From: Clostridiaceae bacterium
Lineage (GTDB): Bacteria; Bacillota; Clostridia; Acetivibrionales; DUMB01
Assembly (NCBI GenBank): GCA_012840535.1
Contig: DULF01000049.1
Coordinates: 2,846 to 66,845 of the forward strand
Reading direction: 5' to 3'
DNA length: 64,000 nt
Below, in pieces: positions 54,265-64,000 of this stretch; positions within the stretch are counted from its first letter, which is position 1; each line of letters opens with the position of its first letter. The position numbers were made by a program, and so were the translations under genes. The notes beneath the pieces were generated by a model, which saw only the letters and a list, made by a program, of their open reading frames with translations, was not told where the DNA came from and made no database searches.

Positions 54265-55322
54265 AAACTGCTGTTATCGCACTTACGAAAAACGGAAAGG
54301 AACTGGCTGTAAAAATAGGACAAGCGCTGAACGCAGATATCATTGCCAAGAATGAGGTGTATGACAGGGTCGCCGTGAACGGGCAGCTTGTCCTTGCACA
54401 CCCTTTTGCCGCTACTTTTAAGGATGTGATTAAAAGGGCATTCTTTGAATATGAGGCCTTGATCTGTATCATGGCCTGCGGGATAGTTGTAAGAAGCATC
54501 GCGCCGTATTTAAAGAATAAGCAGTCGGATCCTGCTGTGGTTGTGGTGGACGAACTGGGGCGGTTCGCCATAAGCCTCCTTTCGGGCCATATCGGCGGTG
54601 CAAACAGGCTGGCAGGGAAAGTTGCCGCTGTTACAGGCGCTGTTCCGGTTATAACCACGGCGACAGACATTAACGGTGTAGTTGCTTTCGATGAACTGGC
54701 AGTGATGAATGATTGTGTCATTGAAAATATAGACAGTTTGAGGTATATAAGCTCCGAGCTGGTTAACGGGGGCAAGGTTTGCTTCTTCAGCGATTGCAGG
54801 ATTAACGGGGAGCTTCCGGAGAATATTGTGCCGTATAATCCGGAAAATCGCTGCAAAGCCGGAGTTGTTTTATCAAACAGGACTGATACCCCGGCCATTG
54901 CTGAAAAGGTGCTTTATTTAAGGCCTAAAAACCTTATTTTAGGTATTGGGTGTAAAAAAGGAAAGACAAAACACGAAATACAGGATGCAGTAACGGATTT
55001 TCTGAAAAAAAGCAGGAAGAGCCTGCTGTCCGTACGTTGCATGGCGTCAATTGATTTAAAATCAGGGGAAAAAGGAATTAATGAATTTTCCGAAGAAACC
55101 GGAATACCATTCAGAACGTTTCCGGCCAGTGAAATCAAAAGAGTGGAGAGCCGGTTTCCCGCTTCGGAATTTGTAAGAAAAATCACCGGAGTAGGCAGTG
55201 TAGCGGAAGCATGCGCCGTGCTTGCCGGAGCAGAGGCAGGAACGAAGCTGATCCGCCCAAAAACCGTTTATAACGGCATAACTCTTGCACTTGCAGAGGA
55301 GGAGATGGTTTTTGCAATATGA
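54261..55322 (+). CDS. cbiG: Cobalt-precorrin-5A hydrolase
   Basis: CbiG N-, middle and C-terminal layout (..MACGIVVRSIAP.., ..GIGCKKG.., ..VAEACAVLA..). ATGA overlap with cbiF. Confidence 0.88.
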   Translation: MKTAVIALTKNGKELAVKIGQALNADIIAKNEVYDRVAVNGQLVLAHPFAATFKDVIKRAFFEYEALICIMACGIVVRSIAPYLKNKQSDPAVVVVDELGRFAISLLSGHIGGANRLAGKVAAVTGAVPVITTATDINGVVAFDELAVMNDCVIENIDSLRYISSELVNGGKVCFFSDCRINGELPENIVPYNPENRCKAGVVLSNRTDTPAIAEKVLYLRPKNLILGIGCKKGKTKHEIQDAVTDFLKKSRKSLLSVRCMASIDLKSGEKGINEFSEETGIPFRTFPASEIKRVESRFPASEFVRKITGVGSVAEACAVLAGAEAGTKLIRPKTVYNGITLALAEEEMVFAI

Positions 55323-56596
55323 ACATATTTGTGACAGGAATCAACTATAAAAAAACACCACTTGAAATACGGGAAAAGCTTAGCTTTACAAAAGAAGAAC
55401 ATGCAACGGTCCTGGGCGAGCTGAAAAAGCATGATTCCGTAGATGAGTGTGTCCTGTTGTCAACCTGCAACAGAACCGAAGTGTACGTTTATTCCCACTC
55501 CAACTTCTTCAACGGCGAGATTGTGGAAAAGTGCCTTTGTGACTTGAAAGGGCTTGATATTTTTGAATATAAAAAATATTTTTACTTCTACAGCAGTACT
55601 AAGGCTGTAAAGCATCTTTTCAAGGTGGCAAGCGGGCTTGACTCCATGGTGCTTGGCGAGGACCAGATACTCGGACAGGTGAAGACAGCCTGTGAGCTGG
55701 CAATGGAGGCGGGAGCAAGCGGCAGTATATTAAACGGCCTTTTCAGGGAGGCAGTGACGGCGGCGAAAAAGGTAAAGACCTATACCGGCATTTCCAAAAA
55801 TTCCCTTTCGGTGGCGTCACTTGCGGTAAAGCTGTTATCCGATTACTTTGGCGGAAACCTGGAAGACAAAACTGCCCTCATTATCGGGACAGGCAAGATA
55901 GGCAGGATCGCATTGAAAAACTTGTTGTCAAAAGGGATAGGAATGGTTTACGTCTGCAACAGGACCCACGGAAAGGCGGATGTAATAGCTGAAGGGTTAC
56001 CCAATGTTAAGGCTGTAAACTACGATGACAGGTATAATGTGATAAACAAATGCGACATAGTAATAAGTTCCACGACAAGCCCTCATTATACCATTACCAG
56101 GGACATGCTTGAAAAATCCCTGACTGATGTAATACAACGGGCTTTTATCGATCTTGCTGTACCCAGGGATATTGACGTATCCATAAAGGATATGCCCAAT
56201 ACCGGTTATTTTAATATGGACGACCTTAAACTTACCGTGGAGAGGAATATTGACTTTAGGATGCTTGAGGTGTCACGGGCTGATGAAATTATTGACCAGT
56301 CCGTCTTTGAATTTCAAAAATGGTATGATTTCAGGGAAGTTTTACCTGTAGTCAAAGAAATCCAGAGATATACGGGAGAACTGCTGGACAGGAAAATACA
56401 GCAAACCGTCGCAAAGTTGAAAACCGCCAGCAGCGAAGATGTGGAAACTGTGAAAGCATCAATTATCAACATTGTAAAAAGCATTTTGAATACCTTTGTT
56501 TTTAACGTAAGGAAATGTGCCAGCAAGGAAGAAATGGAAATCTATTTTAAATGCCTGGATAACATCATTAAGAATGAACAACTTGAGGTGAAGTAA
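55319..56596 (+). CDS. hemA: Glutamyl-tRNA reductase
   Basis: GINYKKTPLEIREKLSF, active-site STCNRTEVY, Rossmann IIGTGKIG. Confidence 0.9.
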   Translation: MNIFVTGINYKKTPLEIREKLSFTKEEHATVLGELKKHDSVDECVLLSTCNRTEVYVYSHSNFFNGEIVEKCLCDLKGLDIFEYKKYFYFYSSTKAVKHLFKVASGLDSMVLGEDQILGQVKTACELAMEAGASGSILNGLFREAVTAAKKVKTYTGISKNSLSVASLAVKLLSDYFGGNLEDKTALIIGTGKIGRIALKNLLSKGIGMVYVCNRTHGKADVIAEGLPNVKAVNYDDRYNVINKCDIVISSTTSPHYTITRDMLEKSLTDVIQRAFIDLAVPRDIDVSIKDMPNTGYFNMDDLKLTVERNIDFRMLEVSRADEIIDQSVFEFQKWYDFREVLPVVKEIQRYTGELLDRKIQQTVAKLKTASSEDVETVKASIINIVKSILNTFVFNVRKCASKEEMEIYFKCLDNIIKNEQLEVK

Positions 56597-57327
56597 TGGG
56601 CAGGATTTTTGTGGTAGGAATGGGACCGGGGGGACTTTTGGATATGACCCCGAGAGCCAGGAAAGCAATTGAGGACGCGAACCTGGTTGTAGGCTACAAC
56701 ACATACATTAATCTGATACAGGATTACTTTCCGGACAAGCAGTTTATACGGTCGGGGATGACAAGGGAGGTTGAACGCTGCAGGCTGGTGCTTGAAAAGG
56801 CCCTGGAAGGATACAATGTTGCGCTTGTCAGCAGCGGGGACAGCGGAATTTATGGAATGGCCGGAATCATGCTGGAGGTCGTCAATAAGTCAGGCAGTGT
56901 CGTTGATGTGGAAGTGATCCCGGGAATTACCGCGGCGTCGGCAGCAGCGGCTGTTCTTGGAGCCCCGCTTATGCATGACTTTGCCGTAATCAGTTTAAGC
57001 GATCTTATGACCCCATGGGAGCTGATCTGCAAAAGAATCGAATGCGCTGCACAGGGTGACTTTGTCATTTGCCTTTATAATCCGAAAAGTAAAAACCGCA
57101 GCGACTATATAAACATAGCCAGGGAGATAGTCCTGAAATACAGGGATTCAAAGACTCCCGTTGGCATTGTCAGAAATGCCGGAAGGCCTGATCAGGCCAG
57201 TGTCATAACCACCCTCGAAGACATGCCGGATAATGAAATTGATATGTTTACGGTGGTTTTGATTGGAAATTCGCAGACCTATACTGAAAACGGCAGGATG
57301 ATAACTCCAAGAGGTTATGACGTGTAA
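56596..57327 (+). CDS. cbiH: Cobalt-factor III / precorrin-3B C17-methyltransferase
   Basis: IFVVGMGPGGLLDMTPRA...VVGYNTYINL...SSGDSGIYGMAG. Confidence 0.9.
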   Translation: MGRIFVVGMGPGGLLDMTPRARKAIEDANLVVGYNTYINLIQDYFPDKQFIRSGMTREVERCRLVLEKALEGYNVALVSSGDSGIYGMAGIMLEVVNKSGSVVDVEVIPGITAASAAAAVLGAPLMHDFAVISLSDLMTPWELICKRIECAAQGDFVICLYNPKSKNRSDYINIAREIVLKYRDSKTPVGIVRNAGRPDQASVITTLEDMPDNEIDMFTVVLIGNSQTYTENGRMITPRGYDV

Positions 57328-57396
57328 AAAAGAGGGTACGCAGTGTAACGGCAATGTGCTGAAAAGATATAACAATGCAAGGAAAAGGGTGATAAG

Positions 57397-58188
57397 ATGG
57401 CGGATGTTTTGGTTATAGCGGGGACATCTGATGCAAGGCAGATTATCGAAAGGCTCCTGATGAAGGATATAAGCGTGGCGGCAACCGTGGCAACAGGATA
57501 TGGAAGCCAGCTTCTTTCAAGCCATCCCAGGCTTGAAGTTTACCAGGGAAGATTGTCGGAAGCGGAAATTGCCGATTTGCTGGTACGGTCAAAACCCAAA
57601 TGCCTTGTAGACGCATCCCATCCGTTTGCACGGGAGGTTTCCGTCAACTCGATAAAAGCCTGTACAGCTGTAAATATACCCTACCTGAGATTTGAACGGA
57701 AGGGAGTAATAATTCCTGAATCAGAGAAAGTCATCCATGTTGATGATTACCTGCAGGCAGCTAAGAAGGCAGCAGAGCTTAACGGGAACATCTTTCTGAC
57801 AATCGGCAGCAACAATCTTGAGGTGTTTACAAGAAACGTTCCTCACTATAAAGAGAGGCTTTTTGCACGGGTTTTGCCTGAAAGCGGAGTAATTGCGAAA
57901 TGCGAGGCGGCAGGGTTGACCGCGTCAAACATCATAGCCATTAAAGGGCCCTTTTCCGAAGAAATGAACTATGAAATGATAAAACATTGTAATGCGCGTA
58001 TCCTGGTGACAAAAGACAGCGGAAATGCCGGCGGTGTGGATAACAAGCTAAAGGCGGCAAGGAGAGCAGGCATTTACGTTATCCTGATAAAGAAGCCGGA
58101 TGTTAATTACGGCGAAACAGTGAGCGACATAGATGAGGTCATTAAATATGTTGAAAACCATATCGTACACAGGAGGACGGTGGTGTAA
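57397..58188 (+). CDS. cbiJ: Cobalt-precorrin-6A reductase
   Basis: VLVIAGTSDARQI N-terminus, DASHPFA, and LVTKDSGNAGG. Confidence 0.88.
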   Translation: MADVLVIAGTSDARQIIERLLMKDISVAATVATGYGSQLLSSHPRLEVYQGRLSEAEIADLLVRSKPKCLVDASHPFAREVSVNSIKACTAVNIPYLRFERKGVIIPESEKVIHVDDYLQAAKKAAELNGNIFLTIGSNNLEVFTRNVPHYKERLFARVLPESGVIAKCEAAGLTASNIIAIKGPFSEEMNYEMIKHCNARILVTKDSGNAGGVDNKLKAARRAGIYVILIKKPDVNYGETVSDIDEVIKYVENHIVHRRTVV

Positions 58189-58821
58189 ATGGCGCTTTTC
58201 CCGCTGTTTATAGATCTTAGCGGCAAGAAATGCGTCTGCGTGGGCGGCGGAAATGTAGCTGCAAGGAAAGCCAGGGCGCTTCTCACGTTTGGCGCCGATA
58301 TAGTGGTAATAAGCCCTGATATATGCAAACAGCTTGAAGAACTTGCTTTATCGGGCAGCATCAGGATAGTTGAAAGGGAGTACCGGACAGAGGACCTGGA
58401 AGGGGCGTACCTGGCAATCGCAGCAACGCACGACAGGGAAACAAACAGAAAGGTGCATGACGATGCAGTAAACAGGAACATACCTGTCAATGTGGCTGAT
58501 TCACCGGAAGAATGCACTTTTACATTTCCTTCAATAGTGAGGAGGGAGGACCTTGTAATTGGTATAACCACTTCCGGAAGTTACCCTGCTTTTGCAAAGA
58601 GAATAAGAGAAAGGATAGAAGAGATTATTTCATGTCACTACGGTGATATTTTGAAGCATTTGAAGGAATTCAGAGAAAAAGCGTTGGATGGGATACCAGA
58701 TCCCCATAAGAGAAAAAAAGCAATGGATGAAATGCTTAATGAAGCATTCAAATGGAATCATAATTTTACAGAAGAGCAAATTAAGGGAAAATTAGACAGT
58801 ATAATTAAACAATACATATGA
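58189..58821 (+). CDS. sirC: Precorrin-2 dehydrogenase / sirohydrochlorin ferrochelatase-type protein (siroheme synthase N-terminal domain)
   Basis: LFPLFIDLSGKKCVCVGGGNVAARKA Rossmann motif; 210 aa. Confidence 0.85.
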   Translation: MALFPLFIDLSGKKCVCVGGGNVAARKARALLTFGADIVVISPDICKQLEELALSGSIRIVEREYRTEDLEGAYLAIAATHDRETNRKVHDDAVNRNIPVNVADSPEECTFTFPSIVRREDLVIGITTSGSYPAFAKRIRERIEEIISCHYGDILKHLKEFREKALDGIPDPHKRKKAMDEMLNEAFKWNHNFTEEQIKGKLDSIIKQYI

Positions 58822-58832
58822 GGTATGAGAAA

Positions 58833-59732
58833 ATGAGCAGAGTGATAAGAGTAGGCAGCCGTGAAAGCAAGCTTGCCATGGTGCAGACCCTATGGGTTGT
58901 GAATGAGATAAAAAAGAAGCATCCTGAACTTGAATTTGAAATAAAGGGCTACACGACGAAGGGCGATATTCTGCTGAATGACCGGCTTGACAAGGTCGGA
59001 GGCAAAGGCCTTTTTATCAAGGAGCTGGAGCACGCATTAATCAACGGGGAAATTGACTTTGCAGTGCACAGCCTGAAGGACATGCCGGCGCAGCTTCCTG
59101 AAGAACTGGATATTGTGGCTGTTTCAAAACGTGAGGATCCCAGGGATGTCCTGGTGACTGTGGACGGGAGAAAGCTCAGGGACTTGCCGGATGGTGCCGT
59201 TATCGGTACAAGCAGTGTGAGAAGGGAAGTACAGATATCCTGTATAAGGCCCGGAATGGTGTATAAAATCCTGAGGGGTAATGTGCTAACCAGGTTGAAA
59301 AAGCTCAAAGACGGGGAATACGATGCCATTGTGCTTGCGGCTGCAGGCCTTAAACGGCTTGGCATAACTGATTGTGACTACTGTTTTGAATATTTTGATA
59401 CCAATGAAGTTTTACCGGCAGTAGGGCAGGGGATCCTGGCAATAGAGGCAAGAAAATGCGATGCGCTTGACTACCTTATGGACAGTGTGCATGATTCTGA
59501 CAGCTTCTATGCAGCGCTGGCTGAACGGGCTTTCATGATAGGGCTGAACGGTGGATGTACTGTACCCATGGGAGCTTATGCGGCTATAGAAGGCGACATT
59601 ATGAGAATAAAAGGGATGCTGGCCCTGGAAGACAGGAGCAGGGTTTTTAAGGCCGAGACTGAAGGCAGCAAATACGATGCCGAAAATCTTGGCAGGATGC
59701 TTGCTGGGATGATTTTAAAGCAATTTCACTAA
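58833..59732 (+). CDS. hemC: Hydroxymethylbilane synthase (porphobilinogen deaminase)
   Basis: IRVGSRESKLAMVQT, RGNVLTRLKKL, and CTVPMGAYA (dipyrromethane Cys). ATG 58833 follows GAGGT. Confidence 0.9.
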   Translation: MSRVIRVGSRESKLAMVQTLWVVNEIKKKHPELEFEIKGYTTKGDILLNDRLDKVGGKGLFIKELEHALINGEIDFAVHSLKDMPAQLPEELDIVAVSKREDPRDVLVTVDGRKLRDLPDGAVIGTSSVRREVQISCIRPGMVYKILRGNVLTRLKKLKDGEYDAIVLAAAGLKRLGITDCDYCFEYFDTNEVLPAVGQGILAIEARKCDALDYLMDSVHDSDSFYAALAERAFMIGLNGGCTVPMGAYAAIEGDIMRIKGMLALEDRSRVFKAETEGSKYDAENLGRMLAGMILKQFH

Positions 59733-59844
59733 ATAAAAAATTTTAAAGTAATACATTAAAGAATCAATACAGGTGGCTTTAGGCTGTCAGCTATAAAACA
59801 AGCCACAAAATAATAATATCAGTTAAAAACACAGGGAGGATAAA

Positions 59845-61356
59845 ATGCCGGGAAAAGTATATATTACAGGAGTAGGTCCGGGTGACTACAAGCTTATAAC
59901 CCTCAAAGCAATAGAATGTATAAGCAGGGCTGACGTAATTGTGTATGACAGGCTGGTAAGCGACAGGATACTGGGATTTGCGCGAAAAGATGCGGAACTC
60001 ATATATGTGGGCAAAATTCCCGGCCTTCATGCGGTTTCCCAGGAGAAAATAAACGGTATCCTGGTGGAAAAAGCGCTGGAGGGCAAGGTTGTTGCCAGGG
60101 TTAAGGGAGGAGACCCCTTTGTGTTCGGACGAGGCGGTGAAGAGGCTGAAGCCCTGCGCGAGAATGGCATCGAGTTTGAAATAGTACCGGGTGTGACTTC
60201 TGCGGTGGCAGTGCCTGCTTACGCAGGAATACCAGTTACCCACAGGGATTTCTGTTCGTCCTTTCATGTAATTACAGGCCACGAGAGGCCGGATAAAGAA
60301 AACAGCCTGGTAGATTACGGGGAGTTGGCCGGGTTAAGAGGAACCCTGGTGTTCCTGATGGGTGTAAAGAGCCTGCCGGAAATATGCCAAAGCCTGATTG
60401 ACAACGGAAAGGACAGGGGGACTCCCGCAGCGGTTATTGAAAAGGGTACAACTTCCGAACAGCGCAAAATCACAGGCACCCTTGAAGACATTGCACAAAA
60501 AGCAGCCGAAGCAGGTGTAAGGTCGCCTGCAATTACTGTGATCGGCGATGTTGTTTCCCTGAATGGCAAACTGGACTGGTTTCCAAGAGGAAAGCTTACC
60601 GGGAAGAGAATAATTGTGACAAGGTCAAGGGAACAGGCCAGCAAGCTTGTTGACAAAATCGAGGAACTGGGCGGCATGGCCATAGAGTTCCCCACCATCA
60701 GAATAGAAGGACCGGAGGATTTTACGCATTTTGATCAGGTATTGAAACGGCTGCCCGGGTATGAATGGTTGGTCTTTACAAGTGAGAACGGTGTAAAAGC
60801 ATTTTTCGGGCGCATGATGACAAACAGGATAGATATAAGGTCCCTGGCAGGGGTCAAACTGGCAGCTATTGGTGAAGCAACCATGGAGGCGCTCAATAAA
60901 TACGGCCTGAACGTTGACTATGTGCCTGAAAAATATACAAACAGAGAACTTTTGAAAGGTTTTCCGCCGTCCGGAGGGGATAGTCCCAAAATACTTCTTG
61001 CAAGGGGGAACCTTTCCGACAAAAAGCTGGTGGAAGGGCTCAAGGCAAAAGGCTACGAAGTTGAGGACCTCATTGTATACAGGACTGTACTTGGAGACGG
61101 ACGCAGGGAAGACATACTTGAGATGATTGAAGAGGGCGGCATAGATTATATTACCTTTACCAGTTCGTCGACCGTAAGGAATTTTGTATCGATACTGGGG
61201 CAAGAGAATATCAGTAAAACTTCCGGAATTAAAGTTTTGTGCATTGGGCCCGTAACGGCTAAAACAGCTGAGGAGAGCGGCTTAAAAGTTACTGCTGTCG
61301 CAGATAGGTATACCATTGATGGCCTGGTGGAAAAACTGGTTGAGGAGGTAGGATAA
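59845..61356 (+). CDS. cobA-hemD: Fused uroporphyrinogen-III C-methyltransferase / uroporphyrinogen-III synthase
   Basis: N-terminal [18 protein letters not shown]...[16 protein letters not shown] (SUMT). C-terminal half [16 protein letters not shown]... is HemD-like. Confidence 0.9.
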   Translation: MPGKVYITGVGPGDYKLITLKAIECISRADVIVYDRLVSDRILGFARKDAELIYVGKIPGLHAVSQEKINGILVEKALEGKVVARVKGGDPFVFGRGGEEAEALRENGIEFEIVPGVTSAVAVPAYAGIPVTHRDFCSSFHVITGHERPDKENSLVDYGELAGLRGTLVFLMGVKSLPEICQSLIDNGKDRGTPAAVIEKGTTSEQRKITGTLEDIAQKAAEAGVRSPAITVIGDVVSLNGKLDWFPRGKLTGKRIIVTRSREQASKLVDKIEELGGMAIEFPTIRIEGPEDFTHFDQVLKRLPGYEWLVFTSENGVKAFFGRMMTNRIDIRSLAGVKLAAIGEATMEALNKYGLNVDYVPEKYTNRELLKGFPPSGGDSPKILLARGNLSDKKLVEGLKAKGYEVEDLIVYRTVLGDGRREDILEMIEEGGIDYITFTSSSTVRNFVSILGQENISKTSGIKVLCIGPVTAKTAEESGLKVTAVADRYTIDGLVEKLVEEVG

Positions 61357-62327
61357 TGGAATTAATCAAAAGGCCGAGAAGGCTTAGGGTAAATGACACT
61401 ATGAGAAGGCTTGTAAGGGAAACAAGGGTTTCTGTGGACGACCTTGTTTATCCCCTGTTCATAGTTGAAGGCAGGGACGTAAAGAAAGAAGTGCCCTCCA
61501 TGCCCGGTGTCTATCATTTGTCCATAGACATGCTCCTGGAAGAACTGGAAGAGGTGCAGAGCCTGGGAATACCAGGCGTCCTGCTCTTTGGCGTTCCGGA
61601 CTTCAAGGATGAAGTGGGTTCAGGCGCATATTCCGAAGACGGAATCATTCAAAGAGCCCTGAGAGAGGCGAAAAAGTCATTTCCTGAGCTGCTTCTTATT
61701 GCCGACGTCTGCCTTTGTGAATATACAAGCCATGGACACTGCGGTGTGGTCGAAGATGGAAGGATATTGAACGATAAATCAGTTGAACTTATAGCCAGAT
61801 CCGCGTTGAGCTATGCAGAGGCCGGTGCAGATATCGTTGCGCCCTCTGACATGATGGACGGAAGGATCGGCGCAATAAGAAGGCTTCTTGATGCCAATGG
61901 TTACGAGGACAAAGCCATAATGGCATACAGTGCAAAGTATGCATCGGCTTTTTACGGGCCTTTCAGGGATGCGGCCCATTCCGCGCCAGCATTTGGTGAC
62001 AGGAAAACCTATCAGATGGATTATTCAAATCTGAAGGAAGCAATCCGCGAGGTAGAGATTGATATAGCTGAAGGAGCGGATATCGTCATGGTGAAGCCGG
62101 CAATGGCTTATCTTGACGTAATAAACGAAATCAGCAGAAGGGTGGACCTGCCTGTTGCGGCCTACCAGGTAAGCGGAGAATATTGCATGATCAAGGCTGC
62201 TGCTAATAACGGCTGGATCAATGAAAAAGCGGCGGTGCTTGAGTCAGTTACGGCAATAAGGCGAGCCGGAGCAAAAATTATCATAACCTATTATGCAAAA
62301 CAACTGGCCAGGTGGTTAGCCGGTTAA
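61356..62327 (+). CDS. hemB: Porphobilinogen synthase (delta-aminolevulinate dehydratase)
   Basis: RPRRLR N-terminus, Zn-type Cys cluster DVCLCEYTSHGHCG, active-site VMVKPA. Confidence 0.9.
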   Translation: MELIKRPRRLRVNDTMRRLVRETRVSVDDLVYPLFIVEGRDVKKEVPSMPGVYHLSIDMLLEELEEVQSLGIPGVLLFGVPDFKDEVGSGAYSEDGIIQRALREAKKSFPELLLIADVCLCEYTSHGHCGVVEDGRILNDKSVELIARSALSYAEAGADIVAPSDMMDGRIGAIRRLLDANGYEDKAIMAYSAKYASAFYGPFRDAAHSAPAFGDRKTYQMDYSNLKEAIREVEIDIAEGADIVMVKPAMAYLDVINEISRRVDLPVAAYQVSGEYCMIKAAANNGWINEKAAVLESVTAIRRAGAKIIITYYAKQLARWLAG

Positions 62328-62345
62328 AAAAGGAGAGTTGAGCAT

Positions 62346-63647
62346 ATGAACAATTCAAAATCAGCCGAGCTTTTCGAAAAAGCAAAAAGAATCATTCCCG
62401 GTGGGGTGAACAGCCCGGTAAGGGCTTTCAAAGCAGTAGGTTTGACACCCCTGTTCATAACGAAAGCAAAAGGTAGCAGAGTTACTGACGCAGACGGAAA
62501 TGAATTTATAGATTATGTTGGTTCCTGGGGGCCGATGATCCTTGGACACGCCAGGGAGGAAGTAATTGAGGAGATAAAAAAAGCAGCCGAATATGGGACA
62601 AGTTTTGGAGCGCCAACCGAAAAGGAAGTGGAGCTTGCACAGCTAATATGCGACGCAGTGCCGTCTGTTGAAATGGTCAGAATGGTTAACTCGGGCACTG
62701 AAGCGGTTATGAGCGCCATAAGGCTGGCAAGAGGTTTCACGGGAAGGGATAAAATTCTTAAATTTGAAGGCTGCTACCATGGACATGCTGACGGGCTTCT
62801 GGTCAAAGCAGGTTCAGGAGCTCTTACAACGGGAGTTCCCGACAGCGCAGGAGTACCGGGGGATTATGCAAGAAATACCCTGACTGCGTCATATAATGAC
62901 CTTAATGAAGTACGGCAGATTTTCGACACCTTTGGAAACGAAATCGCGGCTGTAATTGTAGAGCCTGTGGCCGGAAACATGGGAGTCGTTCCCCCTGATA
63001 CCGGCTTCTTGCAGCAGCTGAGGGATTTAACGAAAAAATACGGCGCCCTGCTGATTTTTGACGAGGTAATTACAGGTTTCAGGGTAGCTTACGGCGGTGC
63101 TCAAGGGTACTACGGCATCGAGCCTGACATAACCGTGTTCGGAAAGATCATAGGAGGCGGAATGCCGGTGGGAGCTTACGGGGGCAAAAAGGAAATCATG
63201 AGCATGATATCCCCGTCAGGACCTGTTTACCAGGCCGGTACCCTTTCAGGCAATCCAATAGCAATGGCGGCAGGCATTGCCACACTCAGAATATTGAAAA
63301 ACAACCCGGGTATATACGTGGAAATCGCAGCAAAAGCAGAATTGCTGGAAAAGGCGTTTGTGGAGACAGGCAGAAAATATGAAATTCCTTTGACGGTAAA
63401 CAGGGTTGGTTCGCTGCTGAGCGCTTTCTTTACAGCCGGGCCTGTCAGGGATTACAAATCAGCCGTAAAATCGGATACAAAGCGTTTTGCAGCTTATTTT
63501 GCCGGCATGCTTGAAAGGGGCATATATGTGGCTCCGTCACAGTTTGAGGCTTTGTTTGTCTCAAGCGCCCACAGCCGTGAAGATATAGAAATTACGATAG
63601 AATGCCTGGATAGCGTATTTTCATCACTCAGGGAGAAAGAAAACTAA
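62346..63647 (+). CDS. hemL: Glutamate-1-semialdehyde 2,1-aminomutase
   Basis: [24 protein letters not shown], and the PLP lysine context FGKIIGGG. Confidence 0.9.
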   Translation: MNNSKSAELFEKAKRIIPGGVNSPVRAFKAVGLTPLFITKAKGSRVTDADGNEFIDYVGSWGPMILGHAREEVIEEIKKAAEYGTSFGAPTEKEVELAQLICDAVPSVEMVRMVNSGTEAVMSAIRLARGFTGRDKILKFEGCYHGHADGLLVKAGSGALTTGVPDSAGVPGDYARNTLTASYNDLNEVRQIFDTFGNEIAAVIVEPVAGNMGVVPPDTGFLQQLRDLTKKYGALLIFDEVITGFRVAYGGAQGYYGIEPDITVFGKIIGGGMPVGAYGGKKEIMSMISPSGPVYQAGTLSGNPIAMAAGIATLRILKNNPGIYVEIAAKAELLEKAFVETGRKYEIPLTVNRVGSLLSAFFTAGPVRDYKSAVKSDTKRFAAYFAGMLERGIYVAPSQFEALFVSSAHSREDIEITIECLDSVFSSLREKEN

Positions 63648-63675
63648 CAATACTTTGAAAGAAAGGAATATGTCA

Positions 63676-64000
63676 ATGGATGGAGTCTTAATTCTGGCAC
63701 ATGGCAGTAAAAGAACGGAAACTGAGAGGATTTTGAACTCACTGACAGACAAAGTGAAGAGAAAAATTGGTGAAAGCCTGATTTATCCTGCTTATCTGCA
63801 ATTTTCGGAACAAAACCTTGAAGCCGGCATAGATTACCTTGTTAAAAAGGGTGCGACGAAAATCAAGGTTGTTCCCATGTTCCTGTTTGACGGGGTCCAT
63901 GTAACCGAGGATATTCCTAATGAGGTTAATGAAATAAAGCGTAAATATCCTGGTATCGAAATAAAGATAAGCCGGCATCTCGGAGATGACGACAGGATAG
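63676..64000 (+). CDS. cbiX: Sirohydrochlorin cobaltochelatase, small CbiX type (3-prime partial at window edge)
   Basis: Not in the ORF track because it is open at the edge. My own translation gives MDGVLILAHGSKRTETERIL...KIKVVPMFLFDGVHVTEDIP..., which matches the CbiX/SirB pattern (AHGS...P.FL..G.H). GAAAGGAA RBS before ATG 63676; ATG 63670 is also in frame. Confidence 0.75.
   Translation, partial: MDGVLILAHGSKRTETERILNSLTDKVKRKIGESLIYPAYLQFSEQNLEAGIDYLVKKGATKIKVVPMFLFDGVHVTEDIPNEVNEIKRKYPGIEIKISRHLGDDDRI

Overview
This looks like a chromosomal segment from an anaerobic Firmicute of the class Clostridia. Supporting traits are an SLH-domain wall protein, a class B sortase, a YesM/YesN-type two-component system, the anaerobic cbi cobalamin pathway, and AGGAGG-type ribosome-binding sites. 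I found no rRNA, tRNA or CRISPR array.

Layout:
- 0-4.4 kb: AT-rich sugar cassette with a Zn-dehydrogenase, a GH4 glycosidase, a PfkB kinase and a NagB-like deaminase.
- 4.4-14.8 kb: an alpha-glucan/maltodextrin locus. It holds a sortase B-lipoprotein operon, divergent from a TrmB regulator, a URO-D-like unknown, a MalEFG-like ABC transporter, a GH13 neopullulanase and a tandem-domain surface protein.
- 15.7-28.6 kb: an AT-rich, visibly decaying accessory block. It contains a DeoR fragment with an in-frame stop, an IS1634-family transposase remnant, an orphan 785-aa enzyme, a histidine kinase with an AraC-type response regulator, an ABC sugar system whose binding-protein gene is frameshifted, a lone non-pyrrolysine MttB-family methyltransferase, and a Gfo/Idh/MocA pseudogene.
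- 28.6-42.5 kb: envelope and signalling genes. These are an SLH protein, a nitroreductase, a FecR-CHASE2 cyclase-NHL operon (cyclase frameshifted), an MBL-fold hydrolase, pssA-psd, a Cys-rich membrane protein, a cNMP-binding-CPBP protease fusion and a GPH transporter.
- 42.7-46.5 kb: mutT, then a TPP-riboswitch-controlled thiM-thiE-HAD-thiD salvage operon.
- 46.6-64 kb: a cobalamin-riboswitch-controlled run of cbiMNQO, cbiCD(ET)LFG, hemA, cbiHJ, sirC, hemC, cobA/hemD, hemB, hemL and cbiX.

The best candidates for undescribed biology are:
- the cyclic-nucleotide neighbourhood at 31.6-40.9 kb, especially the cNMP-gated CPBP intramembrane protease fusion;
- the orphan 785-aa enzyme and the lone MttB-like gene inside a sugar-uptake locus;
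- the URO-D-like first gene of the maltodextrin operon;
- the sortase B-cadherin-like fusion with putative glucan-binding surface proteins.

All functional calls come from reading motifs in the supplied translations. No database search was run.
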